A stretch of DNA of 62,997 bases, counting the filler, from Trichomonas gallinae (Eukaryota): assembly GCA_008369845.1 (NCBI GenBank). It is 9 parts of 9 records of this genome, joined end to end, with 100 filler letters (N's around TTAATTAATTAA, not from the genome) between each part and the next. Parts side by side here need not be neighbours in the genome. Positions count along the whole stretch, not along the records: positions 1 to 3,007 come from MRSU01001063.1; positions 3,108 to 12,167 come from MRSU01001068.1; 7 more parts are not named here. The stretch is one strand, 5' to 3'. A model generated the notes under the pieces. The model searched no databases, was not told the DNA's origin, and saw only the letters and a program-made list of their open reading frames with translations. Below, piece after piece: positions 1 to 12,022 of this stretch. Made by a program: the position numbers and the translations under genes. Within the stretch, counting starts at the first letter, position 1, and each line of letters opens with the position of its first letter.

Positions 1-103
1 TGCCTGTTCTTTCGTTAAATACTGATTTTGAATAATTATATTGTTTATCATCAGGATAAAATCGCATCCATAGTTCTTTTTGTGCATGCGAATTTAGTTT
101 CAT
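1..103 (-). CDS. Possible 5' part of a gene or pseudogene running off the left edge
   Basis: Open minus frame from ATG at 103 (MKLNSHAQKELWMRFYPDDKQYNYSKSVFNERTG...) to position 1. A hydrophobic in-frame stretch lies just upstream, after a TGA. No homology recognised. Confidence 0.25.
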   Translation of the reverse strand, partial: MKLNSHAQKELWMRFYPDDKQYNYSKSVFNERTG

Positions 104-384
104 ACTGACAAATTCGCCAATATTGATTGTGAAGAAAACAATGAGAACAAATCAAGTTACACTAACATAATTATGATTGATTTCACAATTGAACTGATTA
201 TATAACCTCAACTGTAAGTTATTAATAATGCAATAGATCTATAATTTCATTTTTTAATATCGAAATTAAATCAATATTTATTAATGCGCTTTTGCTTGTT
301 AGAATATTGTTAGTTATAGTTTTTACATGACTTATTTAATATTTTAAATATGATTCGCAAATTTAATACCAAACAAAACAAAAA

Positions 385-1353
385 TTATAAATGAAATACA
401 GCACTTGCTGCCAATTCATCATTTTGCTCCATGCTTTCAAGATGCAAGGCAAAAGATGGATGAATAATGGAATTGGGTCCATAAGAATATCTTTTTTGTC
501 TGAAACTCCTAGTGAGGGCCAAAGAATGTTTCGGACGCTTGGCTGCTGGAGGAACAGCGCACTTTGACTTTGCGTTTTCGGTGAAATAAGGCATGCTTAA
601 TAATTCATCGATAGTTGCTCTTTCCTGAGGATCCACAATCAAGCAACACGCAATCAAGTTCCTGAGATTTGCATCTTCGACGATAGTATCGATATAGTTT
701 CCCTTCCGAATTTTCTTGGCCAACATCTGACTGTCCTTTGAGTAGAATGGAAGTCTATTTGTTGATATGTAATAGAGTGTCACACCAAGAGACCAAATAT
801 CACTGACTAATGGATCATAAAAATTTTCAGTGAAAATTTCTGGCGCCATATATGCCCTAGTGCCCTTGAAAGTTGAGCATTCAGCGTCCTTAAGATAGTG
901 TGATGCTAGTCCAAAGTCTGAGATCTTGACTCGACCGTATGAATCGACTAAGAAATTCGCTGGTTTAATATCGCAGTGAGCAATTTTCTTTTCATGGCAA
1001 GCCTTGATAGACAACACTATATCATGGACAATCTGAAACAGAACTTCTTTCTTCGGTTTGCCCAATGTTTCAAGGTATCTCATTAAATCGGAGGGACAAT
1101 ATTCCATAACCATGTAATGGTATTTCTCGTAGGTGAAATACTTGTACATTCTAACAATGCGTGGATTATCAACCATGCCAAGTATAACTACTTCTTCTTG
1201 ATGAAAATGTTCTTCATCAATCTTCTTGAGAACGAATTTGCGATTGTATTGTGGTACAAAAGCAAGGTAAACAGCTCCGTAGCCACCATGCGCTATGATG
1301 TCTAATGGCTCGATTCCATGTGACTTAATAAATTCGACTTCTTTAGCATCCAT
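385..1353 (-). CDS. CAMK-family Ser/Thr protein kinase
   Basis: GGYGAVY loop, VLKK, HCDIKPAN, DFG, APE and DIWSLG all present. Start moved to MDAKEV (1353) because the 14 upstream codons are T-rich 5' leader-like sequence. Confidence 0.93.
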   Translation of the reverse strand: MDAKEVEFIKSHGIEPLDIIAHGGYGAVYLAFVPQYNRKFVLKKIDEEHFHQEEVVILGMVDNPRIVRMYKYFTYEKYHYMVMEYCPSDLMRYLETLGKPKKEVLFQIVHDIVLSIKACHEKKIAHCDIKPANFLVDSYGRVKISDFGLASHYLKDAECSTFKGTRAYMAPEIFTENFYDPLVSDIWSLGVTLYYISTNRLPFYSKDSQMLAKKIRKGNYIDTIVEDANLRNLIACCLIVDPQERATIDELLSMPYFTENAKSKCAVPPAAKRPKHSLALTRSFRQKRYSYGPNSIIHPSFALHLESMEQNDELAASAVFHL

Positions 1354-2601
1354 AATAGAAAAATAAAAAAAAAACTCAAATTTGATAAGCCTCATAGAAT
1401 TGATTTACATTTACTCAACGTAATTCCGCGAATTTTGATCTGTATATCATGTATGCAATATATTTCATTGAAAATTAATAGAAAAAATTCAATAATTAAA
1501 ATTGATAAGATGTAAACTTATTAAATATTTGTATAATTGTAAAGTTCGTATTTATTGTAAATAATGGAATACCCTTGGTGTATAGTTTAAAATTATCGAG
1601 TTGTGATTTCATTATTGAAAAGTTTTTTATTTATAAAATATATAACATTGTATTAGTCAAATATAAGATAATTAGAATTGAAAATCTATTTAAAATTTGA
1701 ATGCTGCTGAAATTTTGGCTTCATTCAATTTTATCATATTATTGTAAACATTATATTAAAGCATATTGCAAAAATTTTGTAAATTATAAAAATTTCGCTA
1801 ATTTTGATTTATTTGATCGCATAATTTCATGATTTATATCATATTAAGTTTATTACATTTGTCGTCAAATGACAAATGAGAAGAAAAATTTACATGCAAA
1901 TTACTTCTAGTATTGAATAGGTAGTTAATGAATATTCTCTGCCGCACCTATTTGATTATATAGGGTCTCGATAATCTATAGTTTCCCACAAATTGATTGG
2001 GGACCATTTAAACGTGCTTGTGAACGATGCTCTTTTGAAAACCACCTCATAATCATATAAAAACGAATCCCAATCATTTCATCATATATGGTTAGTTACC
2101 ATCATATGTTCTGCGGCTAACTAATGATTTGAAAGTTCAGAAAATCAGCTATTTTCTATAAATTATTTCGAAATCATTGAACTGAGAACCATAATCAATG
2201 TTATCACATTATTCACAAGTATCTGATGTTATGTAGAATGTTATAACCTAAAATTAACCATATTTTGTTTGAACAATATGTAAATTGGTAATATTTTTAA
2301 TTTGATCATTAATATGTTATAAGCACATATTTATTTATGCATTTTTAATCATTAAACTATTCACTCTCATTTATTTATCAAAATAATAATATTATTGTTA
2401 TTGACTAAAACAGACTTGAAATCCACCTATGTAGACGAATATAATACTACATATTGAGAATAACGTCATCAAATGGGATTTAACCTTACAATTGAGAGAA
2501 AAATGTGACCAAATAAGATAGATATAGATAATTTAATACACATAAAATAGAGCAACTTAAACTAATAAGTCTATTAACAGAAACATGTCATGCTTCACCT
2601 A

Positions 2602-2910
2602 TTAATTATATAATGGAGCATGATTGTTCAAATGGATGTGCACACGCGAGGCAGTGATTGCTTTATGAAGGATGCCCGTCCTGAGAGTCTTAACTTGAGC
2701 ATAGTTCGTATTTGGAACTGAATTTAATAAAAATAGTTTTTGTGCTGTTTTAGAACATGGCAGAGAATCAGATCTGCCTCTTTTAAACTTTTTATATGTA
2801 GCATTCAATAAATAAGGCATTTCTAACAGTTCATTTATTGTGGCCCTTTTTCTTGGTTCGAGTACCATGCATGAATGTATCAAATCTGCAAGCAGAGGAT
2901 CTTTAAGAAA
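2602..2910 (-). pseudogene. C-terminal fragment of a CAMK kinase paralogous to 385..1353
   Basis: DPLLADLIHSCMVLEPRKRATINELLEMPY aligns with DANLRNLIACCLIVDPQERATIDELLSMPY of the neighbour. Similarity stops about 100 nt before the gap at 3008. Confidence 0.6.
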
Positions 2911-3007
2911 TCGAAAATAAAAGTTTAAGAAAATCGGAAAATTTTGATGTAGATAGATCAAGAATCTATAATAGTCTATATTCTTCGATATAAAAAGCCT
3001 GTAAAGC

Positions 3008-3107
3008 NNNNNNNNNNNNNNNNNNNNNNNNNNNNNNNNNNNNNNNNNNNNTTAATTAATTAANNNNNNNNNNNNNNNNNNNNNNNNNNNNNNNNNNNNN
3101 NNNNNNN
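3008..3107. other. Artificial assembly gap spacer (first of eight)
   Basis: N44-TTAATTAATTAA-N44, a six-frame stop linker. Identical spacers at 12168-12267, 14176-14275, 38907-39006, 48377-48476, 57042-57141, 59160-59259 and 61341-61440. Confidence 0.98.
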
Positions 3108-3205
3108 GGGTTTGGACGAAGGAATACTAGGATTGCCTTGATTTTCGAGGTCTGGTGCTTTGCTGTCGCCGTAGAAATTGGACCAGACATCTCCTGGGGC
3201 TGCAT
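3108..3205 (-). CDS. 5' end of an unknown gene truncated by the gap
   Basis: ATG at 3205 (MQPQEMSGPISTATAKHQTSKIKAILVFLRPN) is open to the gap, GC-rich, and preceded by an Inr-like TCATTT. Divergent from the gene at 3342. Confidence 0.5.
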
Positions 3206-3341
3206 CAAAGTGCAGACCAAGAAAAAAGAAAAATGATTTTACTGAAAATTTTGTAAATTTTTGTCACGTAAAAATATTTGTCGTGTAAAAATATTTACGT
3301 GTCAATAATAAAAGTGACGCATTGGCCAAAATATAAAAATA

Positions 3342-5909
3342 ATGTCAAATGATGATCAATCGGAGCAAAATTGGGCCTCAATCAGGCTCATTAAGCAGCT
3401 TTCTACGCGAAAGAACCGGCCCACAGACTTAGTCCAAGATATTTTAAATGGCCGAATTTTAGTGATATCAAGTTTCCCGAAAATTCAGACTCCGGAAGCA
3501 AAAAATATTAATTCCAATGATTATTATAAGAAATATTCCCTAATATCACACCCATGCCTTGCTAATCCGCATGGAGAATATATTTTTGATTTTTCTGATC
3601 AAAATTCAGTTAGATATGTTGCACCATACTATTTGAAAGGCTCTCTAGCCAATATTATTTCACTCGAAGCTCACGGAAAACATCCTTTTGAATGGACTCC
3701 AACTCAAAAATCAATTTGTGCTTTTGGGATCTTAATTGGACTGAAAGCACTGCACATCAAAAAGATAATTCATGGCTTTCTTACACCTAACAACATATTT
3801 TTATCCAGAAATTTGGAACCAAAAATTTCAGAATATTGGCTTAGCGAACTTTACGACAAAAATGCGACAGATATGGAAGATAGCAAGACTTTTATTCAAG
3901 ATAATCCATCGCAAGAAAACGATATTTACTCTTATGGTGCAATTTTTTACTGCATCGCCAAAAAAATTACGAATTGCACTTCTCCAATGATGATGAATGG
4001 AATTAAACCTGAAATAAGTGCTCTAATTACTAAATGTCTAGATAAAACAATTTCAATTGATGAAATTTTGCGTGGATTCGTTGATGGAAGTCTTTTATTC
4101 GAGGGAACTGATAAACAGGCATTCGTTGCATACGCAAAGCGTCTTAACGGCGCTAAAATTGCAGTTTTGAATTTTGTTCCAAAACCAATTCCAACATTTA
4201 TTGATGTTAAAGAAATAACAGAGCTTGTGCACAAATATGCTGAGGCAGGTGACTCAAGAGCACATTTCCTCTTCGGCTGTTTCAGAAGAGAAGGCGTCGG
4301 AATTTCTGTGAACAAGAACGCAGCACTTAAGAGCTTCAAAGTTGCCGCAGACAGTGGAATACCTGAAGCCCAGTACATTGTTCATATCATAATGGGCGCA
4401 AAACCCAAAAATCAGAATATTCGTCAAGAAGCCAACAACTATCTCGTTGACGCTGCAGACAACGGCTTTGTCGAGGCTCAATATCGTCTCGCCAATTTTC
4501 TTTTGCGCGGTGACAATTTTCCGAAAAATTCAGAATTGGCAGAAAAATACTTCACTCTTGCTGCAGATCAAGGCCACCTAGAGTCTCAGCTCAAACTCGT
4601 CGAGCTTTACTCAGACAAAACACTCGAAGACAAAGATAATTCAAAACTTCTAAAATTTTCGAGACTTTCAGCCCTCCAAGGCAACAAAGACAGTCTATAC
4701 AAGTATGCGACACTACTCATCAGCCAGAACAACCCGCAGAATAAGCCTTTAATATCAGATTATCTTCTCAGATCCGCGCGACAAGGCAATGCAAACGCTG
4801 AGACATATCTTGCGAAGCTTATCATCTCCAAGAGCGCCAGCCTCGGCAGCGAAGAAGAGGAGCTCGAGCTGATAAAGCGCGCGAGCGACAGCGGCGACGA
4901 AGTCTGCAGGAAATACTTCTGCAACAAAGTCGCAACCGGAAAAGTTCATAACTTGTCGCCGGAAGAAGCCATCAAGTACATTAAGATCGGGTCAGACATC
5001 GGCGACGAATTCTCGCTACTTAGATACGCGTACCTTTTACTCAACGGAACAAACGTGCAGACAGACATAAGGAAGGCTATCGACTGCTACATAAAGTCAT
5101 ACAACATGTTCAACAACCCAATGAGCGCTTTCATGGCTGCAGACTTGATATTGAAGAATAACATCATCAAAAACCAAACAGCTGACTTACTTAAAGCTGC
5201 TTCGGACGCAGGAATTCCAGATGCCATGTATCTTTATGCCTCTAAATACATGAAAGGTCCTTCCAAGGAGGAATTGCTTCAAAAGAGCTCAGACGCCGGA
5301 TGCGTGCTCGGCCAGTTTACTTTGGGATCAAGGTGGTTCAAGAGGATCGACAAGAAAGTCGAAGGCGCGAATCTGATGTTCGAAGCCGCAAACAAAGGTT
5401 GTATAGAAGCTATTTCGAAGATCGCGAGACTCGGATTGGCTGGCAAGCTCGAGGATACTATAGACCAGAAGTTCGATGATCCAATCGCAAAGTATATCAA
5501 GTTTTTGATAATCGCGGCAGACGAAGGAGATTTCAACGCTATGCAGAAGTACGGAGAGATGCTCTTGGACGGCGATGAAGTAGAATACGACCCGAAGAAG
5601 GCTATGTACTACTTCGAGATTGCTTCTAAAGGCGGAATATCGAAGGCCGACTACGAGCTTTACGTTATCTACTCTAAAGGACTCGGAGTCGAACCTGACC
5701 AAGAAAAAGCCAGGAAATACCTCAAGAACGCAAACGACGCAAACAGATACATGCCTTACAAGGAGACATATGATAACACAGACATAGGAAAGCAGCCAAG
5801 AGACTGGCACAACGAAGAAGAGGAAGATTTCTTGGAAGAAGAAGAAAGATATTTGATGAGCGATGTCGATGATATTGATGGATCTGAATTGGAGGTCGTC
5901 GTTGACTAA
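3342..5909 (+). CDS. TKL-like pseudokinase fused to Sel1-like repeats, acidic tail
   Basis: Kinase remnants IIHGFLTPNNIFL and PKISEY (HRD and DFG lost), followed by many Sel1 repeats (e.g. AADNGFVEAQYRLA, AADQGHLESQ, AADEGDFNAMQKYG). Confidence 0.88.
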   Translation: MSNDDQSEQNWASIRLIKQLSTRKNRPTDLVQDILNGRILVISSFPKIQTPEAKNINSNDYYKKYSLISHPCLANPHGEYIFDFSDQNSVRYVAPYYLKGSLANIISLEAHGKHPFEWTPTQKSICAFGILIGLKALHIKKIIHGFLTPNNIFLSRNLEPKISEYWLSELYDKNATDMEDSKTFIQDNPSQENDIYSYGAIFYCIAKKITNCTSPMMMNGIKPEISALITKCLDKTISIDEILRGFVDGSLLFEGTDKQAFVAYAKRLNGAKIAVLNFVPKPIPTFIDVKEITELVHKYAEAGDSRAHFLFGCFRREGVGISVNKNAALKSFKVAADSGIPEAQYIVHIIMGAKPKNQNIRQEANNYLVDAADNGFVEAQYRLANFLLRGDNFPKNSELAEKYFTLAADQGHLESQLKLVELYSDKTLEDKDNSKLLKFSRLSALQGNKDSLYKYATLLISQNNPQNKPLISDYLLRSARQGNANAETYLAKLIISKSASLGSEEEELELIKRASDSGDEVCRKYFCNKVATGKVHNLSPEEAIKYIKIGSDIGDEFSLLRYAYLLLNGTNVQTDIRKAIDCYIKSYNMFNNPMSAFMAADLILKNNIIKNQTADLLKAASDAGIPDAMYLYASKYMKGPSKEELLQKSSDAGCVLGQFTLGSRWFKRIDKKVEGANLMFEAANKGCIEAISKIARLGLAGKLEDTIDQKFDDPIAKYIKFLIIAADEGDFNAMQKYGEMLLDGDEVEYDPKKAMYYFEIASKGGISKADYELYVIYSKGLGVEPDQEKARKYLKNANDANRYMPYKETYDNTDIGKQPRDWHNEEEEDFLEEEERYLMSDVDDIDGSELEVVVD

Positions 5910-6300
5910 TTGTTTATTATACATTTAGTGTTTTTTTTTTATTATTATTATTTATTGTTTTTTATTAAATATTATTTTGTTATTTCGTTTATTCTTTTAT
6001 TTGCAATGATTTATCCCCAAATTTTGATTTTTCCATATTACAATCTATCATTTTATAGTTTTTCATAAATATATTTAATATTTTGTGTTAATTTAAGGTT
6101 GTTTTTCATTATTTATATTAGATTTTTCATATATTGATTATATCAAAGCATTTTATGACTCAATTCATTGATTTTATTGAATATTTGGAACTGAAAATTA
6201 ATTATTTATGATGATTTGATTTGGAGGTTTAAGGGATAAATATATAAGAAATTTTTACTTGTTATTTATAACAATCAATAAAAAAAGATAATATAAAAAT

Positions 6301-7620
6301 TTAATCTTTTGGAGGTAAAACAGGAACATCGTGGTCATCTTCATGAGCATCTTCTCTTTCTGCATTATACAAAGTGTTGATTTTCAGTCTTGTTCTAACG
6401 TATCTTGAAGACAATCTATCATCGAATTCTTCATTATCGCTTTCGTCGGAGTCCTCTAAGAGTTTCTTCGGATCCTTGAGGCACAACTGAACTGATGGCG
6501 CGCAAGGAAGGTGTCTGATTGATTCAGTGATGCTTTCGATTAAATGGTCGAGTGATTCTTGAGAGTTAAGGTTTGCCATGTTCGAAGGAACAAGATCGAG
6601 TCTGTAGTCTGGGCCGTAGTAGCCAAGATAATCGTGATAAGGAAGATGATCATCAATTTCTTGATCGAGAAGGACAGCTGTTTCATAAGTCCAGCAACGT
6701 GAAACGTTTCTAACTGTATAACCACCTCCACCTGCAACGAGCATTGGAAGCTTGAATGATTTAACGTAATTAACACATTCACCGTGTCCGTGGATTGTCA
6801 AGTTGAATGAGCCGAGACGATCTCCTGTGAGTGAATCTGCGCCGCACTGGAGGAAAATGGCCTGTGGACGGTACCATTCTATCAAGTGCTTGATGATTGG
6901 CTTGAATATGTAGTGATAACTCTTGTCATCCATGCCATCTTTGAGTGGAACATTGACTGCGTAGTGCCTGCCCTTGCCGATGCCGATATCTGTATCGTGT
7001 CCTGTGCCAGGGAAGAACTCATTGCCGAATTTGTGGAATGAAACTGTTAAAACGCGGTCTGTCGTATAGAAAGCCTCTTCGACACCATCACCATGGTGGA
7101 TATCGATATCAATGTACATGACTCTGTCGTATCTTTCGAGAAGCTCCAAAATTCCGAGAACGCAATCAGCGACGTAGCAGAAGCCAGACGCTTCGCCTTT
7201 CTTCGCGTGGTGAAGGCCGCCTGCCCAGTTGATCGCAATGTCAGCGTGTCCGGAATTCAGATGTCTTGCAGCGGAAATTGAGCCACCAGCAGAACTCTGG
7301 CAGAATTCGAACAAACCCTCGAAAACCGGAGAGTCTTCTCCAACATTGAATTTGTCGAATAAACAAGCTTGGTTCTGAGTATTATCTGGTGTCGCCATTT
7401 GCAAGAATTGAATGTATTCTGGTGTATGAAACCTTGTAAGTTCTTCAACTGATGCTTTTTTTGGACGGAAAATTTGAAGTTTCGGGAATAAATTATAAGA
7501 TAAAATTAAATTGTGTGCCATGCGAATTCTGTGTGGCTTCATGGGGTGGTTGGGCGCGTAGAAGAAGTTGCCGACATCTTCATCGTAAAAATAAACAACG
7601 CGCTTCTTCCTTTCTTCCAT
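6301..7620 (-). CDS. rpd3: Class I histone deacetylase (Rpd3/HDAC1-like)
   Basis: [44 protein letters not shown] and GGGGY motifs. Confidence 0.97.
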   Translation of the reverse strand: MEERKKRVVYFYDEDVGNFFYAPNHPMKPHRIRMAHNLILSYNLFPKLQIFRPKKASVEELTRFHTPEYIQFLQMATPDNTQNQACLFDKFNVGEDSPVFEGLFEFCQSSAGGSISAARHLNSGHADIAINWAGGLHHAKKGEASGFCYVADCVLGILELLERYDRVMYIDIDIHHGDGVEEAFYTTDRVLTVSFHKFGNEFFPGTGHDTDIGIGKGRHYAVNVPLKDGMDDKSYHYIFKPIIKHLIEWYRPQAIFLQCGADSLTGDRLGSFNLTIHGHGECVNYVKSFKLPMLVAGGGGYTVRNVSRCWTYETAVLLDQEIDDHLPYHDYLGYYGPDYRLDLVPSNMANLNSQESLDHLIESITESIRHLPCAPSVQLCLKDPKKLLEDSDESDNEEFDDRLSSRYVRTRLKINTLYNAEREDAHEDDHDVPVLPPKD

Positions 7621-8582
7621 TTTATAAAAAAATAACTGGACGATATGTAAAGTACTTAATTTAATTTGATAGGTTTACAAATTTACTTTACAAGTGACAA
7701 AAATTTATGTTTACATGTCAGATTATTAAATCATTACTTATTTATATACAGGGTATGCCTCACTTATTTAGGTGTCTTGATCACAAGAAATGGGACTCAT
7801 TATTTGGAGCTTGGCTACATTGTTATTGATTATAAAACATTATTGGATTATTTTCGCAAAATAAAATATATTGCTTCATGTCAGAAATCATGGATGTGTA
7901 ATAGAGTCTAAATATATATATGCAATATGGAATGCATCATATGTTGTTACTCATTGTGATGAAATTCATATGACGGAATTGAAAAAGCACAACGATCCTT
8001 TATCAGCTTGAATACATTATCCAGTATGAGAAGACTACATAGTTGTTGAATGATTCTTTGGAACGTCAATGTGTAGTTGATAAAGTTTCTTGCAACATAT
8101 CAGAGGTTATCAGGAAATTACAAATCTTGAGGAACTTCAGGATTGTTCTCAAAAGATTATGGATAAATTATTTGATTCACATTCAAAAATCTGTGATCCT
8201 TTCGGATCAGGTTGGAATTAAGGCCAATATGCATGCACATAATGTAAAATCTCTAGCCAACGATGAAGAAGTTGAGTAATAGATTTACGATATTATTGGA
8301 AATAGTAAAAACATCCAGTTATATTTTAAATATCAAATATTTCTTAATTCATGGAAATTCTATAATTTCCCAATATTGCAAAGCTTGAAATCAAAAAAAA
8401 TAGAAAAAAATATTTTTGAGATTAATTGTTAGGATAGAAATCTCAATGCGAAAATATGGTTAATTTATTGTTTATGATATTATAGGTTTAATGCCTTGGT
8501 AATTTTGGTATTTATTTTCGTTTACCAAGATTTTATTTAGTAGATTTCGTAAAAAAAGTTATTAAGCATGGAAGTATTTATT

Positions 8583-8879
8583 TCAAACAAACATTCGTCC
8601 CCGACTTGGATCGGAGAATTTTGTCGAAATTACCGGGAAACCGGATACTCCATTATCCCAGTCAAAAGCCCTAACGTGGAAGGGGGCCTTTGGTCTTGCG
8701 ATTTTGGAGTGGAATTTCGACGGATGGCATCTCAAACAGCCATATGAATAGTTCTCGCTATTCTCGAAATCAACAACTCTATCTTCTTGTACCCCAAAGG
8801 TACTACTAGGAGGTTCCGATTCACTATTACTACTACTACTTAAACTGCACGTACTATTATTGTCGACGGATGCAAACAT
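8583..8879 (-). CDS. Small Ser-rich hypothetical protein (98 aa)
   Basis: GC above flanks, ATG preceded by Inr TCACTT, clean ORF. Confidence 0.6.
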   Translation of the reverse strand: MFASVDNNSTCSLSSSSNSESEPPSSTFGVQEDRVVDFENSENYSYGCLRCHPSKFHSKIARPKAPFHVRAFDWDNGVSGFPVISTKFSDPSRGRMFV

Positions 8880-10207
8880 ATAAATTCACCGAAAAATGGG
8901 TAAAAGTGACAATATCAATATAAAATTTTCGAATATTTCATTATACATTGTAATGGTGCATACGTAATAAATTCAAGCACGGTTATGACAAAATTTTTGA
9001 ATTCGATTACGGTTATTTTCAGAACCGAACTAAATTCAATTGAATCAAAAATTATCGATTATTGAAGCTACTTAGCATTAATGACATGTAAATAACAATA
9101 TTCGTTTCGAATAAAAATAAATTAAATCAAATTTTATCGTTTCGAATAATTGACCATTTACCTGCAAATACTTTAAATATCAGATAGTCAAAATTCTGAA
9201 ATCAAAAACGAAAATGGATATTTCCCCAGAAATTTTTACTACTAATAAATTCTTCATTAATAATGGAAATAAATATAGGTTGATTAATTTGGGGAATTGT
9301 AAATTTAACAAAAAAATCAACACTAAACACACAATTATTTTTTATGAACAAGATTCAATGAAATCAAACGAATCCTTATATTCGGTTGTTATATTTGATA
9401 TTCTGGTGCATTGGAGCAATATTCCCAGGTAATTTCAATGTTTTCGAATTTGATCTCGACAATTTTGATCATTTACTTTGTAAATAGAATTTAATTATGA
9501 TTCCGATCACGTATTTCAAATAAAATTGCTGACTTGTAATAATTTTTTTGAAAATTTTCCATAACGTGTTTACATAAAATGACTGAAATTTGATAAGTTA
9601 GTGCGTTCCTTTGCATATTAGATGTATTCATTCGATTTGTTCTTACTTGCCTAAATTCTTGGAAAATTTTTGATCGAAACATCGAATTAAGCTTCGTCTC
9701 TTATATTAATAGCATAGACACAATATAATAATATGATTTTTCAGACGACAAAGTGAATATCTTTACTAGATATCGAAAAATAAATTGAAAAATCGAAATA
9801 TGCAATTGAGATAATCCCTTATATGAAATGAACCCTACATTTTATATTGCTTCATGAATCTTGCTCTGATCACTAAAATGAAATGGTTTATTACTGTTGA
9901 TATGTTCTTCGACAACAATTTGTATATATGAGAAGGTTTATGAAGTCCATATGTGGATTATAATGATGATCTCTTTTATTGCATAAGGATATTCTATTAT
10001 GACGTAATAATACTTGAAATTTCAATATTTTTTTAATTAGGTTAAGGTATTCTGATATCAATTCATGATATACAACTTATACTCATTGATATTAATAAAG
10101 AACATTTAGTGTGCACAGAATAAAAATAAAAAAAATATTTAATATTGAAAAATATATAGGTATGGTATGGTTTTTATTGGTAGTTTATAACAAGCGCGCA
10201 ATACTTT

Positions 10208-11413
10208 TTATTTCTTACCCTTGTAGTTCTTATTTAAGTAATCAATTAAATCTTTTCTGCCAATTCTCTGGATCATGCCCCAATATGTATCTGAAGTAGG
10301 CTTAGGTCTTATTGAAAGGTCCAGACCATTTTGAACAAGGAATTCAAATACTTCAATGGGAACCTTTCTATTTGGAATATATTGACCAATGAGAGCGCCA
10401 TCATCTGCTAAATTATTTATATCATTTCCAAGGTCTATTAATAATTTGAGTATCTTAATAGTGTCAGGGTTTGTTCCTGGTACAAAATTAATTGGTAATT
10501 TGTGCTTCTTGCATAATACGTTTGGTTTTGCATCATTTTCAAGTAAAAGCTCAATAATCTCTAGGCTTCCATTATGGCAGGCCCAGTGAATTGGATATTG
10601 ATGATTAAATCCTTTTTGATTCACATTTGCACCATTTTCAATAAGTTTTTTAACTATATTTGGCTTGTTCTTAAAAATTGCGACGTAAAGAGCAGATTTT
10701 CCGTCTGATGTAGTATAATTGATTTGAGCACCATTAGAAATGATTAAATCAATGCCTTCATCGACATTATTTGCAATACATTTCATTAATGGAGAGTAAT
10801 TGCGCATATCATTCTGATTAACATAAATATTTTTCTCGAGTAGTAATAATAACGGCTTAGCATTGCGATTTTGGATTGCTGATGTTACCGGGGATATTGT
10901 TCCAGGAATATATTTCGCGCCACATTCGAATAAAATATTTAAAACTTCATCTGATTCATGTACGGTTGCTAAACACATTGGCGTGTACGAATCACCTCTC
11001 GGGCATGAATTGCAGTCAACTTTAAACTCCGTAAGAAGATAAAGCATGACTTCTTTTGCACCGCCAAGTGTTGCATAATGGATTGGCGAATATCCTGAAA
11101 CTGATTTCTGCTCCGGGCTAACCCCCAACTTATTAATCAAGTACTCAACACACTCCAAGGAGTCGAAATATGATGCGACGTGAATTAAACTTAGACCTGT
11201 ATTGAACTCTTTGTTAAATTTGTTTTGTTCAAAACTGTGTGTTAGTGTTTCTTAAAGATTGATAAGGATTTAAAAGAAAATCCTTTATCAAAAATAAAAT
11301 ACATACTCGAATTTGTAATCTGATGATTGAGCGAACTCGAAATTGCCTCCAAGATATTTCTGGAGCTGATCAACTCTATTAAACTTTGCTGCTATATAAA
11401 GAGAATTTTGCAT
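10208..11413 (-). CDS. Ankyrin-repeat protein, two exons (11413-11307 and 11234-10208), 377 aa
   Basis: Repeated ankyrin motifs (SPIHYA, SPLMKC, SALYVA, YPIHWAC). Splicing the 72-nt intron joins MQNSLYIAAKFNRVDQL... in frame to ...GLSLIHVASYFDSLEC. Inr TCATTT at 11421-11426. Confidence 0.92.
11235..11306 (-). other. Spliceosomal intron (72 nt)
   Basis: 5' GTATGT and 3' ACTAACACACAG match the trichomonad consensus exactly. Contains an in-frame TGA, so it must be removed. Confidence 0.93.
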
Positions 11414-12022
11414 CAAAGAAAAATGACAAAAAAATTGTCATATTTTTAATTTTCGAAATAATTCATTTTCTTATATCAGCAGCACATAAATGTTTTTGTT
11501 ATCAAAATGAATACATCCGACCTGTTTGCCAAAAAATGACTTTTTGACATGTAAATTATTTTGATTTCATTTCTCACTCATTCCAAATATATAGATAGAA
11601 CATAATAAGTCAAAAAAAATATCTCACATATGCCATGGATGCATAATATTATCTTCAGTTGGTTGGGTATAATTTAATTAATGAATAGGAAAAATCATCA
11701 GCACACTGCGTATCAAGCATATTTGATCAATAGCATCGAAATTATATCACATTTTAAGCAATTTTCATGATGATTTGATGATGATTTTTGTTTTGTATGT
11801 CTCATTTGGATTATATATCATTTGATAGGCTAGAATATGACTATATTAGTTGATTATAGATGAATGCTAACATGAAACAAGCTTTTCATCAAATTGGAAC
11901 GAAAACTGTTATTATTACATTAAATACTCAATCAAATTCAAAAATATTTTAAAATTATGATTATTGTAGTATAACAAATCATATGATAGACAAAAAATGA
12001 AAAAGGATATAGACCAAAAAAA

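Noticed and set aside
3052..3063. TTAATTAATTAA repeated eight times as a possible biological repeat
   Set aside because: Always centred in N runs; it is an artificial six-frame stop linker.
7980..8279. ORF 8043-8279 and an overlapping frame
   Set aside because: Looks like a frameshifted gene relic with no recognisable homology; not enough for a call.
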